Below, in pieces: positions 52,788-55,216 of a stretch of DNA of 55,216 bases; within the stretch, counting starts at the first letter, position 1; each line of letters opens with the position of its first letter. The notes below the pieces were generated by a model that ran no database searches, was not told where the DNA came from, and saw only the letters and a list, made by a program, of their open reading frames with translations. This DNA is from Bacteroidota bacterium (GTDB lineage Bacteria > Bacteroidota > Ignavibacteria > UBA10030). A program made the position numbers and the translations under genes. The stretch lies in contig DATJYV010000184.1 of NCBI GenBank assembly GCA_035499415.1, positions 1-55,216 of the forward strand, written 5' to 3'.

Positions 52788-55216
52788 ATGCGCATTCTCA
52801 CTTCTTGTTTCCTTCTGCTGACGTCGTTCTTCGCCGCACTGTCGCAGGAAGTCTTCTCTCCCCGCGACCCGGGTGAAACGCCGAACCGGTCGTATCACGT
52901 CGTTCACTACAGGATCGAAGTCGTACTGCACGATGAAACTAAATCGCTGGACGGGAAGATGACGGCGACGCTCGTCCCGCTGCTCTCCGAGTTGGAGACG
53001 GTTGAATTCAACGCGGGGAATCTGAACGTCTCCGCCGTGACCGACCGAAAGGGAGGTGCGCTGAAATTCCATTCCAGCACCTCGTCTCTTTTCATCGACC
53101 TCGGCAGAAAAGCGACTCCTCGCGATACGGTTGTCGTGACGGTGGATTACTCCTGCAAGCCCCGGGAAGGACTGACGTTCAACGGCCCGGACGAAGGCTA
53201 TCCGAACAAACGGCCGCAAATATGGTCGCAGGGAGAAGACACGACGAATCACTTCTGGTTCCCGTGCTTCGACCATCCCAACGACAAGGCAACATCGGAA
53301 GTGATCGGGACGGTGAAAAGCGCATACACTCTTCTGTCGAACGGAAAGCTCGTCAGTACGACGGAGGATAAGAAGAGAGGGACGAAGACGTTTCACTGGG
53401 TTCAGAACAAGCCGCAGTCGACGTATCTCATCATGATCGCGGCAGGCGAGTACGCCATCCTGCACGACCGCGTCGGAAATCTCCCGCTGGAGTATTACGT
53501 CTATCCCGACGACACTTCGAATGCCCGCGAAAGCTTCAAGCACACGCCGTCGATGATCTCATTCTTCGACGAAATGATCGGCTATCCCTTTGCCTGGGAC
53601 AAATACGCGCAGATCATTCTGCAGGACCATTTTGGAGGGATGGAGAATTCATCCGCGACGACGCTGGCGGATGACTGGGCGGTGCCGGACATCCGGATGC
53701 GTCAGGACGTCGACCCGAGAAGTCTGCTCGCCCACGAGCTTGCGCACCAATGGTGGGGTGATGTCGTCACCTGCAAGGATTTTCGCCATCTCTGGCTGAA
53801 CGAAAGCTTCGCGACCTACTACGACGCGCTCTATCAGGAACATTCGCAGGGGGCCGATGAATTTGACAACACGATGTACCAGGACCAGCAGTCGGGGATT
53901 CTCTCGGACACGACGCGCGGCAGGAAGCCGATCGTCAGCGTCGAGTCGTACGGGGCGAATATCTATCCGCGGGGAGCTTCGGTGCTTCATATGCTTCGCT
54001 TTGTGCTCGGCGATGACCTCTATCATCGGGGTCTTCTCCACTACATCACCAAGCATCAATTCCAGCCCGTCGAGACGAATGACCTGAAAGTTGCGATCGA
54101 GGAAGCGACAGGGCAAAACCTCCAGTGGTTTTTTGACGAATGGATTTACAAGGCCGGGTACCCGGTCTTCGCACTTTCGTATCAATGGAATCCGCCGCAG
54201 AAATCGATTTCGCTCTCAGTCCGGCAGGTTCAGAAAATGGACAGTCTCACGGGAGTGTTTCGCATGCCGGTCGATGTGGAGGTCGTGACAGCGTCAGGAA
54301 GCGAGACGCGGCGCATCGGCATTCTGAGCAAGGATTCGACGTATGACATTCCCTGCTCCGACAAACCTCTCATGGTTCTGTTCGACAAGGGGAACCGGCT
54401 GTTGAAGGAATTGAAGTGGGAAAAGTCATTTGACGAGTGGAAATTCCAGGCGTCAAGTGCCAGGCTACCGAGCGACCGCATTCGCGCACTCCAGGCGCTT
54501 GCGATCCAGTTCCCCGGTCCGGGCACGGCCTCGATCCTGGCGGAAGTTATAAGGAACGACCGATTCTGGTCGGTGCGACGCGAAGCGGCTCAGCGTGCCG
54601 GCACCATGGCCGCAACATCGGATACCACCAAGCCCATCCTCAAGCCGGCGTTGATGGCCGCGCTCCGGGATTCCCGCGCCGCCGTCCGCATCGCGGCCGC
54701 CGGTTCACTCGGCTCGTTTAAGGAGGCGGATGTTGTGGCGGGCCTTCGGAAGGCCCTTGAAGATTCAAGCTACAACGTCGTCGCGTCCGCACTCAGGTCG
54801 CTCGCGAGAGTGGACTCTGCGCACACGATCGACCTCGCGATGCGCGACATCGATTATCCTTCCCGGTACAGCAACGTTCCGACTGCTGCAATTGCGGCCC
54901 TCTCGTCTCTCGACTCGGCACGCGCACTTACGGCGGCGCTTCGGCACGTTCGGTACGGGGAAAAAGTCGGCGTGCGATTTGCGAGCATGGGCGTCCTCAG
55001 GCGGTTCGGCAAAGGAAAACAGGATGTCATGGAGGTGGTGGCGGGATTACTGAAGGACAAGAACGATAACATCAAACAATTCGCCGCCGGCGTCCTGGGG
55101 GATATTGGAGACTCCTCGGTGCTTCCTGAACTCGAAGCGCTGTTGAACGATTCTTCGGGGGGATTCTATCTCTTCGGTGAGAGTGCCGTTCAGACTGTCA
55201 AGGCGAGCATTGAGAA
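52788..55216 (+). CDS. pepN: M1-family aminopeptidase (PepN-like) with C-terminal HEAT/PBS-lyase-type repeats; 3' end cut by the window edge
   Basis: Not in the ORF track because there is no stop inside the window. Hand translation from ATG 52788 gives the signal peptide MRILTSCFLLLTSFFAALSQE, then GGMENSSA (GxMEN) and HELAHQWWGD...WLNESFATY (HExxH-E). Repeated ...AAVRIAAAGSLG.., ..NIKQFAAGVLGDIGD.. HEAT-like units follow. Confidence 0.9.
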   Translation, partial: MRILTSCFLLLTSFFAALSQEVFSPRDPGETPNRSYHVVHYRIEVVLHDETKSLDGKMTATLVPLLSELETVEFNAGNLNVSAVTDRKGGALKFHSSTSSLFIDLGRKATPRDTVVVTVDYSCKPREGLTFNGPDEGYPNKRPQIWSQGEDTTNHFWFPCFDHPNDKATSEVIGTVKSAYTLLSNGKLVSTTEDKKRGTKTFHWVQNKPQSTYLIMIAAGEYAILHDRVGNLPLEYYVYPDDTSNARESFKHTPSMISFFDEMIGYPFAWDKYAQIILQDHFGGMENSSATTLADDWAVPDIRMRQDVDPRSLLAHELAHQWWGDVVTCKDFRHLWLNESFATYYDALYQEHSQGADEFDNTMYQDQQSGILSDTTRGRKPIVSVESYGANIYPRGASVLHMLRFVLGDDLYHRGLLHYITKHQFQPVETNDLKVAIEEATGQNLQWFFDEWIYKAGYPVFALSYQWNPPQKSISLSVRQVQKMDSLTGVFRMPVDVEVVTASGSETRRIGILSKDSTYDIPCSDKPLMVLFDKGNRLLKELKWEKSFDEWKFQASSARLPSDRIRALQALAIQFPGPGTASILAEVIRNDRFWSVRREAAQRAGTMAATSDTTKPILKPALMAALRDSRAAVRIAAAGSLGSFKEADVVAGLRKALEDSSYNVVASALRSLARVDSAHTIDLAMRDIDYPSRYSNVPTAAIAALSSLDSARALTAALRHVRYGEKVGVRFASMGVLRRFGKGKQDVMEVVAGLLKDKNDNIKQFAAGVLGDIGDSSVLPELEALLNDSSGGFYLFGESAVQTVKASIE

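Noticed and set aside
52764-54185. Two minus-strand ORFs (52764..53543 and 53649..54185) are the only ORF-track calls of any size over the right end of the window.
   Set aside because: The plus strand from ATG 52788 reads through to the window end as an M1 aminopeptidase (GGMEN, HELAHQWWG, WLNESFA). It was missed by the ORF track only because it has no stop inside the window.

Overview
This is a 55,216-bp, visibly GC-rich, tightly packed chromosomal segment. I support 57 protein-coding genes. Both edge genes are truncated and absent from the ORF track; I translated them by hand. I also call about a dozen sigma70-type promoter candidates, one reasonable intrinsic terminator and a few structured leaders. 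I saw no rRNA, tRNA, CRISPR array, transposase, integrase, phage or classical defence genes, so this looks like core genome rather than an island. Gene content in order: rlmB, glutaredoxin-like protein, lgt, unknown and hisS as one minus-strand chain; an orphan ptsN; a nucleotidyltransferase/phosphohexomutase-like fusion; a GAF-GAF-GGDEF protein; deoB; an AbrB/PIN pair; two EutN/CcmL genes; the primary sigma factor; NlpC/P60; def-fmt; parA-parB; ridA; lepA-lepB-lepB-hemW; a DUF2723 GT-C protein with a methyltransferase and a GT4; ispE, TonB-dependent receptor and LOG; kdsA-kdsC-unknown-kdsD-lptC-lptA-lptB; DAHP synthase and tyrA; an aminotransferase; coaD; rsmD; a PilM-like protein; comEA; hrcA-grpE-dnaJ; carA; a TolB-like protein, an M19 dipeptidase, a Gly/Arg-tailed lipoprotein and an M1 aminopeptidase with HEAT repeats. 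The short primary sigma factor (no region 1.1), DUF5683, DUF2723, tandem lepB and grpE-dnaJ without dnaK suggest, by inference, a Gram-negative of the FCB group (Ignavibacteria/Chlorobi/Bacteroidetes-like). The promoters nevertheless look classical (TTG-N17-TAnnnT) and Shine-Dalgarno sites are visible. Most worth a second look: (1) two orphan BMC vertex-protein genes with no shell genes in the window, next to deoB and upstream of the sigma factor; (2) a 26-codon hydrophobic uORF plus hairpin in the lepA-lepB leader; (3) a 252-aa unknown translationally embedded in the kds/lpt operon; (4) a GGDEF domain with a destroyed active site but an intact I-site; (5) a phosphohexomutase-like module with non-canonical catalytic loops; (6) a lipoprotein with a Gly/Arg-rich tail. 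I found no clear-cut novel multi-gene system. All product calls come from motif recognition by eye, and no database search was possible.
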